From Phoronis australis (taxonomy: Eukaryota > Animalia > Phoronida), in assembly GCA_002633005.1 (NCBI GenBank), contig NMRA01000856.1, positions 1-64,000 of the forward strand: a stretch of 64,000 nt of DNA. The letters are read 5' to 3'. The notes under the pieces are model-generated. The model was not told the DNA's origin, did not search any database, and saw nothing but the letters and a program-made list of their open reading frames with translations. Positions 1 to 11,959 of the stretch are shown piece after piece; the first letter of the stretch is position 1; the number at the start of each line of letters is the position of its first letter. The position numbers were made by a program, and so were the translations under genes.

Positions 1-1358
1 AAGAGTCGCGGGTAGAAGAAATTGCCTGCAAGTGTTGCATCACCAGAGACGGTGACCAGCAAGTACACTGTTGCTAATACAGTGTGTGTGTAGTTCGAAG
101 ATTCACCAACAGGACAGACATCCAACAAGTGGAGAGTCCTAGCTTGGATAGCAGATAAGACATTTGATCGTTTGGTTGTTTGATTAAAGTAATCTTTAAA
201 GAGGGCGCTAGCGTGCTGTAGTTTCTCTTTGTAGTTGATTACTTAATTAACCATAGGTTTCATTTGTCTAATTAGGGGTTATCATATAATAAATAATTAC
301 TGGATTTGATTATTCACTCTCCATCTACGCACAACTTCAAAGCATAGCTACCTTTTAAACAAACCCACACAGACTATCGTCTGACAGTTTTTAAAGACTA
401 ACATATGGTTGAAATGGCACAGTTCACTTCCACGTGCCTGGCAGTGGCTGCAAAATGAGACATACAAATTTGCTTTTTGTGATAAATATATACAAATATT
501 GTCCACAGAGTTACTTAATTGGGATTGTCATTGTCTGATGATGTACTTTTAGCAAAGACTTTTAAAGACATCAAAATAATGAGTGCGCCACAGAAACAGT
601 CACGGCAAAATGCTCTTCGCACCCCGCCATGATGTAACTTCTTTGAGACGGGATGAAGACTTACATGCAATTTGCCTTTAAACACATGAATATCAAACTG
701 TTATGGAGTCTACACAGCAAAATACTGTGTGAACAAAACATGCCAACCTGCACTGGACAGCAGTGTTACAGTGAAGTGGAATTATAATCCAATGTAAAGT
801 GATGGAAAAAGTTAGAGATAAGTGAAGAAGACAAAAATTGATGGTTGCCAACTGCAGATTTCATCCAGAATCGCTATATTATACAAAATTCGCAAATATC
901 CCACACAGATACACCTGATTGCGGCCAACAGAAATAGAATGCTATACGTTTCAACCATACCTAAATCCTCAAACGAATAAAATATTTTGAAAAATACAAT
1001 TTCCTATTGTTTCAAAGATTATTTATTAAGTACGCTAGCTTTCAACACTTAACAAACATATACACCTGTAATTTGCCAAAAAAGTAATGATAAAAAGTCA
1101 ATCACATTCAATAATAAATACATCGTAAGATGGTGACTACAAAGACCCACATTCCCTTCTGACAAATCAGACCAACATTATTTTGTGCCATGAAATTTTG
1201 AGCCAGTTCTACAGTATCGATAAAAACTGAAGAGAAATAATTTCTCACCACTTCTTCACATATTTCAAAACTACAACTGTTATTACGCCAATAGCTGCAC
1301 CATTACTTTCAGAGGTTATCATTAAGCAAAATGGCCAGAGTTCAGATGGTTCACTGAC

Positions 1359-1523
1359 CTATCATATCTGTCACGTAACCTAGCCAGTTCCTCTTGTAAC
1401 CTGGTAGTCTCCAGCTCTGCCACCTGTTGGTTCTCGTGGATATCATTTTCCAACTTCTGTATGGTGGCGTTCCTGTCCAGCACTTTACTCTTCAGGATTT
1501 CAATCTCTTGATGCAGGTCAAGG
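1359..1523 (-). CDS. Internal coding exon of a TJAP1 (Pilt)/BEGAIN-family coiled-coil protein; gene continues left of the window
   Basis: 165-nt exon bounded by ttcttcag| acceptor (1524-1525) and |gtcagt donor (1357-1358). Encodes LDLHQEIEILKSKVLDRNATIQKLENDIHENQQVAELETTRLQEELARLRDRYDR, which aligns without gaps to the BEGAIN/TJAP1 N-terminal coiled coil as I recall it (KLE, ExE and QEEL in the same register). Confidence 0.68.
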
Positions 1524-1602
1524 CTGAAGAACGGCACATTACAATATGGAGGACAGAAAAGCATGGAGGACAATGTCAACAGATAAAGCCACCAACACTC
1601 AC

Positions 1603-1649
1603 CAACGAATGTCAAAAATAAAACGGAAACGATAAGAAAATTTCAACAT
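1603..1649 (-). CDS. Candidate (alternative) first coding exon of the TJAP1/BEGAIN-like gene, MLKFSYRFRFIFDIR(C)
   Basis: cgccATG at 1649, 47 nt open, strong donor TG|gtgagt at 1602. A 79-nt intron joins it in frame (phase 2) to the 1359-1523 exon. Confidence 0.35.
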
Positions 1650-1893
1650 GGCGAAATAGTTATATATTTTACACAATTGCATAGTAAATCAAGTGGAGTT
1701 GACTGAATCCTCCTGTGGCAAGTCACCATCACACAATTGATATCTACATTGCATGTAGCCATATGACACAAATTGTAAATCATTTGTTGAAGAATAACAC
1801 GATTCGTAGCAAACGTCTATGCAAAGAATGTCGCTACCAGAGGCTACATGGCAATCCCATCATGCCTTGTCGTATGGTTATTAGGACAAGTAG

Positions 1894-2137
1894 GGAGGAG
1901 GCAGTGTGGCCTAGTGTTGTAGGTGCCCGACTTTTTTACTCGAGGTCGTGGGTTTGAGTCCCATTGGGCCACACTGCTAGACCCTTGAGTCAGGTTTCTA
2001 GCTTCTCAGCTCGGTTTTAACAATATCTTAACAAAGCACAAAAAACAGTTCCAGGTGATTAGTGCAATAGGCCCGCATGCACGACCAGTGCAAGTCTGGT
2101 GCAACGTGCACCAGACCGATTGCAATTATTTTTTTTA
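1894..2137 (+). mobile_element. tRNA-derived SINE, full length, with 12-bp target-site duplication
   Basis: A-box tggcctagtg and B-box-like ggtttgagtcc in the head, T-rich tail, flanked by direct repeat TAGGACAAGTAG at 1882-1893 and 2138-2149. Confidence 0.8.
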
Positions 2138-2844
2138 TAGGACAAGTAGTTATTTACAACATACCTATTACTGCCTGAACAACCATTACAGGTACAGCCG
2201 CACTCCTGAAATGTTAACAGTGCAAATACAGTATTTACTGATCAGTAGAACAACAGTTCAGCTACTCATGTCAACAGTTGAAAGAGGAGATTTAGAAGCA
2301 TGTTTTGTAGTGATTACAACATGAGCCAAATAAACAGACAACTGTTTTAACAGCAGCCACTGCAGGTTATGAGTTCAAGCAAAGAAAAATGCCGATTTAG
2401 GCCAATATTGGAGCATCATCTCACAAATCCTGACAAGATTCAAATGAACCTTTCAGAAGTATGATTTATTAGATTTTATCATCACTGTTCTTTTGTTGAC
2501 TCATCATGTTCATGCTTTCTTGTATATTGACAACTGTAGAGGGTCCCAGTTTTTTGAGACTGAAGTAGAAAGTACACATACGTGTCTCTTTTATACTGTT
2601 TGTTGTAGAAAACAAGACACAAGGTGACAGCACTTTTGCATTTTCCTTTTACAGGAACGTTGCCCAGGAGTCCCTAGATGGATTTTTCTGAATCGGTATG
2701 TGAATATATGCCGTCGAACACTACAAAAAACATGCCATCCATTTCAAGCTATGCTTTACCATTCTTGAGTCATTCGAAATTTTCTGGTGACTGCTTATTA
2801 CACACCATTGAACAAGAATATGTTTCTAGTCAACTTTGTCGATC

Positions 2845-2969
2845 TGATGATGATGGTGGTGATGATGATGATGATCATGATGACTGTGAAAATGATAATA
2901 GTGATGATAATGATGGTGATGATGGGAATAATGATAATGATGATGATGATGATTTGATGATAATGATGA
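2845..2969. repeat. Imperfect (GAT)n/(AAT)n microsatellite
   Basis: Direct inspection; explains the Asp-, His- and Ile-rich ORFs at 2678-3104. Confidence 0.9.
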
Positions 2970-5292
2970 CAGTACTGACAAGGGATATTCCTGACCAGTT
3001 CTGAAGCTGTGCCCTTTGGGTTCACCCTGCTCAGCAGACTTAGTGTAATCAAGTGGTAACATATGAAGAGAAACTCCAAGGGCAATTGGAATAAGAAGAG
3101 TCATGCTTTAACCAACTGGCTGTAAGTTAAATAGAATCTTGCATTTTTGGAAGAATGTTGCGTTTTAAAAGATGCACCCACACAGCGCACTGCTGCAATG
3201 TACTTGCGCCTTTTTATTTTTTATGGCTAATGGCGCAAAGGCGCAGTCCACGAATATACTTGACTGACGTTACGTCAATAGCTCAAGGCCAATTGTTTGA
3301 CTCCAAGGTAGCATTATGACAGTCTCTTTATGCAGCCAAAGCCCAGCATCATTTGGTGGATCTTTCTGTATCGACTTCAGAGAAGCAACATTTCATTTTT
3401 TTTGTTATTGTAGTTCCACATAACTGCATATTGGCTCCACCATACCAACTAAATTTTTGCCCATTTTCTCCCTATCCCTCTCCCTCTCTTGAGTGGTTTC
3501 ATTTTAAATATTTCATGCAAGCAAAACGAAATTGACAGTTTTATGATTTTGATGAAAAAAAACAAACCCTTGGCTATTTCATCCAAGTGTACATGATCAG
3601 CTGATTGAGTTACTCATAACTGTGCAGTAAGGTGAAGACATGTTATCACCAGGAAAGAGCTAAACAGGCACACAATGCTTGCTTTCATACACACACACAT
3701 GAATATAGAGTTTACTATTCAGATTTAACACCAACATTAATTTTATTCACACAACACATAACCATTGTCATCACGCCCAGTCCACAAGATCACTAACATA
3801 TCAAATAATTCGAATTATCAAAATGTGTGTTTCAACTAATAATGCCGATTATACCAAGACTAACCTCAGCACCATATGAAGAACAACATAATCTCAATAA
3901 AGTCCCACATTTATCTAGTCTCAAAACACAAATCTTTTGACAGACGTTTTTCATTTGGTAACAAATCCATTTAATCCTGTAAAAAGCAGTGCAGTGGAAA
4001 TTACAGAGAAAATCTAGAAGGAAGGTCCTTCACATTGTAAATTGGATTATTGAAGATGTAAAGATGGCAGACGTTTAATCAGAAAAACCAACAGTAAGGC
4101 CAATTTTCAGGACTTAATCTTGTTTTGTAAATCACATAGCCAACTGAAGTGGATCAATATACCAGTACTGGGAATAAAGAGACAGCCACAAAAGAAAGTC
4201 AGCATGTCAGCTCTCATGACAGTACCATCAGAACATTGACTCAGAACACTGATGGGTAAAATTTGATTACTGCACTGAATTGAATACAGACCACATGCAA
4301 CCCAGAAATGATGTTTTCGTGAGCTAACAAATCAGAACGTTTGCATTCTATATTCTTTCAATCTTTGATTTCTTGAAAGAAGTCTATTATTTATAATTTC
4401 TTATAAAAATTAATGTGTTGCATTAATATTTTCAAAGTATAACTCTAAAGTAATAAATGGGTAAAGGGACTTAAATAAACATCCTAAAACAAATTGAAGT
4501 TTTTTAAATTATGTCATTAGAACGCTGTCATTAGAAGCTATGTTTACAAACTGTAATGGCGCCCTACATGTTGATGCTTTCTAGCAACATTTCTACAGAA
4601 GTACTTGTTTTAAAAGCACACCGTTTGAAAGTAATTTCATTTTCAATTTTTACACATCCAAACTCATTAATATGTTAACGCATGTAGCTGGACTTACTTT
4701 GAGCATGGCATAAAACTGCACTAACAAGGACTTTAAGTACATAATTATGTTCTATATTATTACAAGTAACCAACTGATAAATTAACCTAAGCCCTCAAGG
4801 TCAGTGTGTAAGCTCTCACCAGTTGATTAAACTAACTACTTTGTTTGCAAGACATATGTTGCTTTCCAAAATTGTTTCACCTCCAGATCTATATAGAATA
4901 CAAATTGATTGTTTTTTAAACTAGACAATAAATCAAACAAATTTTCTTTATTCCACTCAAACTGTTGTTAGGTCTTTATGCTATTTCTTTCCAAATGTAA
5001 AAATATGTGATTAGTAATTGAGAACACATGGGCATTTTTGGAGCTGTTGAAACATTCTATCGCATGTTTTCGGAATGGGACTTTGTGAGATCTTTGTGGT
5101 ACAAGAATCAGAAATTCTTAGCCTACTAATGAATTTTCCTCTCCCTGAGGACGATTTCCACCAACTTTTGTAGACAACTTTAAAATCGCATACCAGCCAT
5201 TTAACCAGCACAGAGCCTTAATATGTTTCGGAAAATATCTCCAACTAATTCTAGGCAACCCTTCACTAAAAATACAAAGTGAGAGACACAGG

Positions 5293-7446
5293 TTAAAGGA
5301 GAATGCCACCCGATTTAATTAGTACTTTGTTACCGAATAAATCGGTCTATATCCACATCACCTCATATACAGTCGATCCCACCTCACCAAAAGGTGTCGT
5401 GTTAACCTGTTAGGAAGGTGAGTACAAGACGCAGCGACCTCAGTGGTTCTTCAGCAGAGTGTGTGCCGCTGCGGTGTGGTGTACAGTTTTTGCTTGAATG
5501 TGTAAACCAAGAAAGCAGGTATATCGTTTTTTTTATTTCCTCATTAATCCCAAATACTTCAGAAGTGGTTACCAGCAGTAAAGAACGAAAAATATGCCGT
5601 TAATACCAAGTATGAGGCCGTGAAATATAACCGTGTCTCATAGCCCATATTATTGTGTTTCAAAATAAATTGTTTTCACCCTAACCTATGTTTATATAAA
5701 ACTGAGCCAAAGTGTCAAAATCCGTCTCAGTAGAAACAATTTGTAATGCCTTAGGATTGTTCATGAGTGCAAATGTTTTGAGACATCAGATGCAATAACA
5801 CAAATTGACCAACCTGTGAGCGCATGCTAATTCAGAGTTTGCTGACAGAAAGCTGTTGTGAAGATATAAATTGATTTTATATTCTATGGTCAGATGTTAG
5901 AGGAATCTTCATTTAGATATAAATACATTACTTAAATCAGAGTTATGCACACCTTTTACCTGAACGGATCTGCAGAAGGGGAACTTGGCTTCGAAGCCCC
6001 CTGCCCGAGGAGTAAGTACATATACACCGAAATATTCACAAATTTCACACATTATTTCTTTGGTTCTCTAGTCTAGTCTTTTCGTCACTGGAAGTTTGGT
6101 TTTCAACTTTCGCAGCAGACTAACCCAGTTGGTTTATGTTCGTAAAGTCTCCAGTCCGGTCGTGACGGCCCTGATCGGGTTCCGAGCCACTATGTTACAA
6201 CGAGCATTTTGTGTTAAGAACAGAAAAAATTCGCAAGTCTAAAATGACAGCACACGGTTATACTCTTCTTTCCTTTTGTCACAGAAGAATAATTCTAATT
6301 TATCACCGAACAGACTCCAAACTTCCCGCAACCGACCTCGGTAAGTTGGCTTACCAAACTTTGTAGGTTAAGGTACATTCAAAATTTCTATAAATCCCTA
6401 ACATCGAAATAAAACAACTCGGTTTTTTTTAAAACTCAATGTATTAGTAAGAGTTTTACATTGAATTTTGAAGATTTACTGGTGTAAAACGATGAATTCA
6501 AGCGATAAGCTAACACCAGTAAGCGTTTTGTGAACTGCTGAACTGACTGTGTTAGAACCTGTGACGTCATTGGTTAATTTCAGCACTTCCTTCTGCCATC
6601 GACTTCGATACGAATTTTTTAAAATGGCAACTTGCCAGGGTTCACTAATAAAGTGGATTGAGAAACGGGAAGCTATCTGCTTCATTCATTTTATTGTGTC
6701 CGAGTTTACAAAAGATAATGTACATTAATGTGAATTATATAGCAGGGTGGGACATTCAACAGTTCAATCAACCATAGTCCTGTGCCTAAATGACGATATT
6801 GAATGGAAACCTGTCTCAGATTTGTCTGCATGGACTGAATTATTGTACATCGTCTGCTATGCCGGACAACGCCAATCCACTATAACTGATTTATGTTGAG
6901 CAAGACGATATCAATGGAAGTTTCATTATAGGAATTAGTTTATTACGTCTAAAATTCAAATATTTTTTGTTCTATATTTGTTACGTCATTGATAACCAAA
7001 TTACAGATCACATTATGACATTTCATTGACATTATCAATTTGCCTTGCCTTGCAAAGTATCCTTTACCCAAATACTTTCACTACATGATGCTCAGGCTGT
7101 GGTCTTTTCTACGATGAGTAAACTTGTGGAATGCACCAAAGTGCACCCAGTTACATCCAGTTTTTCAGATTTTGCCTGGGGACGGTCTACCAACCCCCCC
7201 CCCTCATGGGCGGACCTCACTTTGCATGTGGCGTCTGATTCTGCATCCGCTGTGACCATTCACCACCACGCTCCTTTCGAAACCCGGGCAATAGGGGAAT
7301 CCCACTTCCCATATTCGCGTGCAGCAACAGGCTTTGCACCCCGTTTTGGCCATTCACCACCATGCTCCTTTCAAAACCCAGGGAAAGCCTGTACTCAATC
7401 TAAATTGATACAAAATATGGTGTTTTTTGGTGGCATTCTCCTTTAA
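5293..7446. mobile_element. Non-autonomous Kolobok-type DNA transposon (about 2.15 kb)
   Basis: Perfect 18-bp inverted repeat ttaaAGGAGAATGCCACC (5293-5310) / GGTGGCATTCTCCTttaa (7429-7446). TTAA duplication with AGG..CCT termini is the Kolobok signature. Confidence 0.7.
6368..6728. mobile_element. Small Kolobok-like MITE nested in the 5293-7446 element
   Basis: ttaaGGTACATT (6368) / AATGTACAttaa (6717-6728), one mismatch. Internal TGACGTCA (6562-6569) also occurs in the 47.7-kb Kolobok. Confidence 0.4.
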
Positions 7447-8209
7447 TGTGTGATTCAAACAAAACACACAACTCTCCTAAAAGGGATACAAAAAGACAGA
7501 GAGCCTACCATCACTTTCCCATCAATGACACAACTTTGTGTTTTGAGGAATTTCGGTCAGTGGGAAAGCATAATTCCCATACACTTATCGCAAGTGTTGC
7601 ACAACACTGCTGTGATGGGAAAGGTTACATTCCAATGGGAGTAATTTGCTAGATGCAAGAGGTCACAACAACGCAGAACTGAATCAACCACATTATCTGG
7701 AACTAAATCTCTAGAACAAGTGGAAATCACAATGTCGCTAGCAGGGAATTGCCGTAGAGTTTTGATAGACTGGAGTTACACTAATGGGAAAACTATCACA
7801 AAGGCTGATTTGCGATTCGAACTAACCTGACAGCTCCCCTTAAGACGAGGTATGATTACGATAGCTCTCTGCATGCTGCCTCCACCAGATGACGTCTGTC
7901 TGTACATCGTAACAAGTAGCACAACAGATAGTGGCCGTCACTAGTGACCTAACAATAAAGAAGTTCAACACATCAATCTACAAACTCATTGTCTATCCAA
8001 CCAAACAAAAGAAAAAGGAGCACATCTTGAAGGCTAACACCAAAAAATTATTTTATTTTTTACTGTTTTAATCAGACTCTATGCATATTACCTCTATTCA
8101 GTGGATCTCACTAAACCGAGAGATGTCGTATTAAGCGACGAGGAAGGTGATTACACTATGCGACAATGTCATCGGATCTTACACTGAGTGTGTGTCACTG
8201 GACTGTGCT

Positions 8210-8390
8210 ATGCTTTTACATTGTTCCTGGTTGTACGGATCATGAAAAATCACATTCGTGTTTGAAGACGGCATTTTGTTGACAGTGATTTCAGTATCGG
8301 ATATTGCCTCAGCAAACAACTTATGCCAAGACAGATGAAACAACCCAAGCTAAAACTTGATGCTGTGCCCAGTAAGTTTTCCTTTGTGAA
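8210..8390 (+). pseudogene. Degenerate THAP zinc-finger fragment (transposase remnant)
   Basis: YIVPGCT followed, in another frame, by HIRV*RRHFVDSDF...KLKLDAVPSKF. Matches THAP CxVPGC, (C)xxHF and AVPS/T box motifs; a stop replaces the third Cys and the middle is deleted. Confidence 0.55.
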
Positions 8391-8686
8391 GCAGGATACA
8401 AAGAAACACAAGTCAGGTGTGAAAAAATCAAAACACAGCGCAACGTGTCTACGGTAGCTTATTTTCGGCAAAGACGATGTCGGCTATTTTATTCAGGACA
8501 TTCCAAGTTTACTATTACGAGCGTATGACTCAAATGTGCCGACTTGAATTCATCACAAGTATTAACTCAAAACAACTGTAAATCAAAATTCAAATGTTTA
8601 CCTAGTCTTTAAAAGTGTTTCCTTACTCTACGAGACATTTTGTTACTTGCTTAATCTAAAAACCCTTAAGGCACGAAATCATCAAC

Positions 8687-8790
8687 TGGTCTAGTAGCGT
8701 CCTTCTCACTTGAGGTGCCACAAGTCCCAGGTTCAATTATTCAATTCCCAGACACACCCCACGTTGGGCACCAGTACAATGAAAAATCAC
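8687..8790 (+). mobile_element. Degenerate tRNA-derived SINE head
   Basis: tggtctagtag A-box-like and caggttcaat..ccc B-box-like motifs at tRNA spacing; no cloverleaf. Confidence 0.35.
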
Positions 8791-9197
8791 CTTGTTCCAC
8801 GTTTCAAACTGAAGTGTACCTCTTGTTTCCAACTAGCCAGGCAGGCCTCCTAACCAGTCAACCAAAGACATTTTTCTCAGGCATAGGCAAGTAATTAATT
8901 TTAAGCATTAAGAGAGTCTTTTATATTACTACATTCACTGCAGATTCACCAACCTGAACCGAACCTTGCTTTGCTTCAGTCAGGCTTATGTCAAATGAAC
9001 AGCACAAAACTTAATGAATCAGCATTCCCTATTTTAGTATTTACTGTGACTGTGTCATGCATGTTGTTTTTTTCAATGGATGACCATTGGAGCGAAACAA
9101 AGTCAGTGCTGGCAGCTTTTAACTTTTAATCAGTGGGTGAGCTGCTGAATTTGAGGCATATTGTAGCAGATGTTGTATTTGTTTTAATGCACCTCAA

Positions 9198-10678
9198 GGC
9201 ACAAGTCGGATACAATGGACCCTGACTTAGAGAACCAGGCAATTACTAAATAACGGCCTCGTTATTTATCCGACTCCATTAACGTACAAACTTGATATTA
9301 GTATTTTCTGAATCCTCTCGTCAGGATGATCATGGTGATTCCAAAAATGTACTACTCGTACCGATTAGGCTCTTTTTATTCATGCATTTACCGTTTTTAC
9401 GAGGTGTTCATTTGCGGCAACCGATCTCGAGTGACTGCCATTATAAAACTGCGACACCTGTTGGCAGGAATGATAACTACAACGATCATGCGTGCCAAAA
9501 AGACCCCAAAATTGGCTAGTATGTTGAAGATACCGCATGGCATGTTAGGGAAACGTCTGAGTAAAAAACAGTAATAGTCATTTATTAAGGATTCCCTCTT
9601 CAAAACTTCATCAGAAGGAACACGAGTGTATGTTCTCGCGGACAAATGTCGTCCTCGAAAACACTTGACATCTCGCGGTTAACCGTTAGTTATCAATCCT
9701 GCCGACAGGTGTTGCATTTTTAAAAATGGCTGCCTCACTAAATCTGCGTTGCAAATGAATGCTTTGGAATAACATGGAAATTATGAATAATAATCGATCA
9801 ATCAGTACAAGTTATACATTTTTTGGAATCACCATGACTAGAGAATTCAGAAAATAGTAGTATCAAGTATGTACATTAATGGAATCGGATTGTAAACAAT
9901 AACATAAGCGGATTTAGGGGGGGGCCCAGGGGGCCCGGTACCCCCCCCCTTGGCTGCCGCAAACTTGAAAAATAAAACAGTAAGAGCGCAGGGAAATGTT
10001 GAGTTTATTAATTAACCCCGGTAATTAAAATTATACGGATGAAAAAAGATTTAAATGTGTGCAGTTTTAGTGTGGGGGGAGGGCGCTCAAAACCAATTTC
10101 AAGTGTCAAATTCGGAACACGGCGCATTCATAACGGAACTATGTCTAAGTATAGGCTCTCCCGCGATATCCCAGGCGACCGGCAGTGGCGCTGCGCACTA
10201 CGACTCCGTTTCCGTTGTCTGCTCCACTGTGCAATGAAGAAAATTTACTTCATTTTTTAAAGAAAATGGAACCTGAGTGATGATGAAAAAACAGAAGCTG
10301 CTGGTAAGATGTGAATCACTCATAAACTCGCAATACTCTCTTTGTCAAACCTTATCTTAAGACGATTTCCAAAGCAATCCCGTCATTATTGCTAACACGA
10401 AAAAGGGATTTGGTCTATTGGGCATTTTATATACGACAAGTTTGTTAAGAATTGATGGCACAAAATATAAAAATATAAATATAAAATATATATATAATAT
10501 ATGCCCCCCTCCCGACCTCCCCCCATTCGGTGCTATGCGCATCTACAATGGTGGTTCAGTTTGCGCAAATGCTTACAGCCGAACGAAATGTTGGGCCCCC
10601 CCTTGTGATATCCTAGATCCGCCACTGAATAACCAGCTGGGTTCTCTAAATCAGGGTACATTATATCTGACTAGTGCC
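9198..10678. mobile_element. Foldback MITE with long (about 290 bp) imperfect terminal inverted repeats, right arm interrupted by a younger insertion
   Basis: ggcacaagtcggatacaatggaccctgacttagagaacc (9198-) is the near reverse complement of ggttctctaaatcagggtacattatatctgactagtgcc (-10678). Inner arms also pair, e.g. catggtgattccaaaaa / tttttggaatcaccatg and acacctgttggcagga / tcctgccgacaggtgt. Confidence 0.75.
9903..10627 (+). mobile_element. hAT-like non-autonomous element with 5-bp TSD (AATAA)
   Basis: Termini cataagcggatttagggggg / cccccc..ctagatccgccactg. AATAA at 9898-9902 and 10628-10632. Splits the right arm of the foldback element. Confidence 0.75.
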
Positions 10679-11077
10679 CATCTGGCATCTTCACTTAATA
10701 AATGTTTGTGTCTTAAACTAAACGAACGGCGTAATGCGCAATAACCGATTTGAAGTGTAATTGTTAACTGTCCAGTTCATTTAATCAGTAAAAACTTGTC
10801 TGCTATTATGGATTGCTCTTGTATATCTCCTACCATAAAATTCCACAGTTCTATGATTTTATATATTATACTAATATAGTATAACGCCACGGCGAGCGGT
10901 TGAGTGCAATGTACTGGTCGAGCTCGAGGACGAGGAGTGAGGCAGAGCTGAGACAATTCGAGTGATCGATAAAGGCGTTTAATTTGGGATTTCCACTCCC
11001 ATTTGTTATAGCTTTGCTGTTCAATTTTCAATCTACCCAACACATAATAACATGTCACCATGTGAAACTTGCCTTAC

Positions 11078-11240
11078 CTTGGTTTTTCAATAACTGTACA
11101 CTAAAATAAGTTACTACAGTCACAACCAGTTACATGGCTAACTGTCAACATCGTGGCCGGAAACCAATGAGTCATCCAATCCGTGTTCAGAATACTTTAA
11201 AACGTCTTCTTTTAGAGTCGGAGGTTTTCATTGGATATTT
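11078..11240 (-). promoter_or_regulatory. Candidate promoter and non-coding first exon (possibly of the TJAP1/BEGAIN-like gene)
   Basis: Minus-strand donor AAG|gtaagg at 11077, with clustered ccggaa (11157), CCAAT (11164, 11176), TGAGTCA (11168) and attgg (11230) just upstream on that strand. Confidence 0.3.
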
Positions 11241-11848
11241 TATTCTGATGCCGCAAACGGCAGCCTACAACAAAAGATCATCGCTATGTATGGTCAAAAG
11301 ACGGCGCACCAGTCTCATCACGCGGGTTGCCGGGTTTTCAACAACCCGCAATGTTTTAATAATGAAAAAACAATGTTAGCAGTTGTTTATGGAAACGGCT
11401 GCCACATAATAACATATTTTTCTTTTCCTCAAAATGGCACTATTGGGTTTCCGTAGTTGTTGAAGTTTCACTTTCGAATTTTTAAGAATGTGGAAAATAA
11501 GGTTTCAGTGCAGCAAAGTACAACTCGTCCAAAAAGCCCCACCGTCTGATAAGTACTAACTAAAAACGGTCTAAGCGGAGAAAAATAATATAAGCCACAT
11601 TCTAATGATCCGCCCCCATGACGCAATGTCAAATGTGCTAACATGGTACATTATCACTAAAACTCATTAAATTCACGCAAGGCATAAAACACTAGCCATA
11701 GTTTGCTATCACTGACCATGATAGTATAATGGAGAATAAGAAATAACAATTAATAATTACATGTAAACAATGACACTGCAACAAAATTCAAAAGAAGCAA
11801 AAATCCAGTTAACGAAACATTACAGTAGGAGCGATAAGTATCGCATAT

Positions 11849-11959
11849 GACATGTTATGTAATCATAAAGACATGTTATGTAATCATAAAGACATGTTAT
11901 GTAATCATAAAGACATGTTATGTAATCATAAAGACATGGAGTTTTATGAATCATAAAGA
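11849..11959. repeat. 21-bp tandem repeat (gacatgttatgtaatcataaa) x4 plus a degenerate copy
   Basis: Direct inspection; identical adjacent units with no spacers. Confidence 0.92.

Noticed and set aside
2678-3104. Asp-rich (+) and His-rich (-) ORFs resembling biomineralisation or metal-binding proteins
   Set aside because: They are translations of a (GAT)n microsatellite, with no signal peptide or convincing exon structure.
6562-6628. CRE, CCAAT, ETS and YY1 motif cluster as a host promoter
   Set aside because: Lies inside a TTAA-flanked Kolobok-like MITE, and a similar block occurs in the 47.7-kb Kolobok, so it is probably element-derived.
11849-11959. 21-bp repeats as a CRISPR array
   Set aside because: Units are directly adjacent with no spacers; animal DNA; no cas genes.
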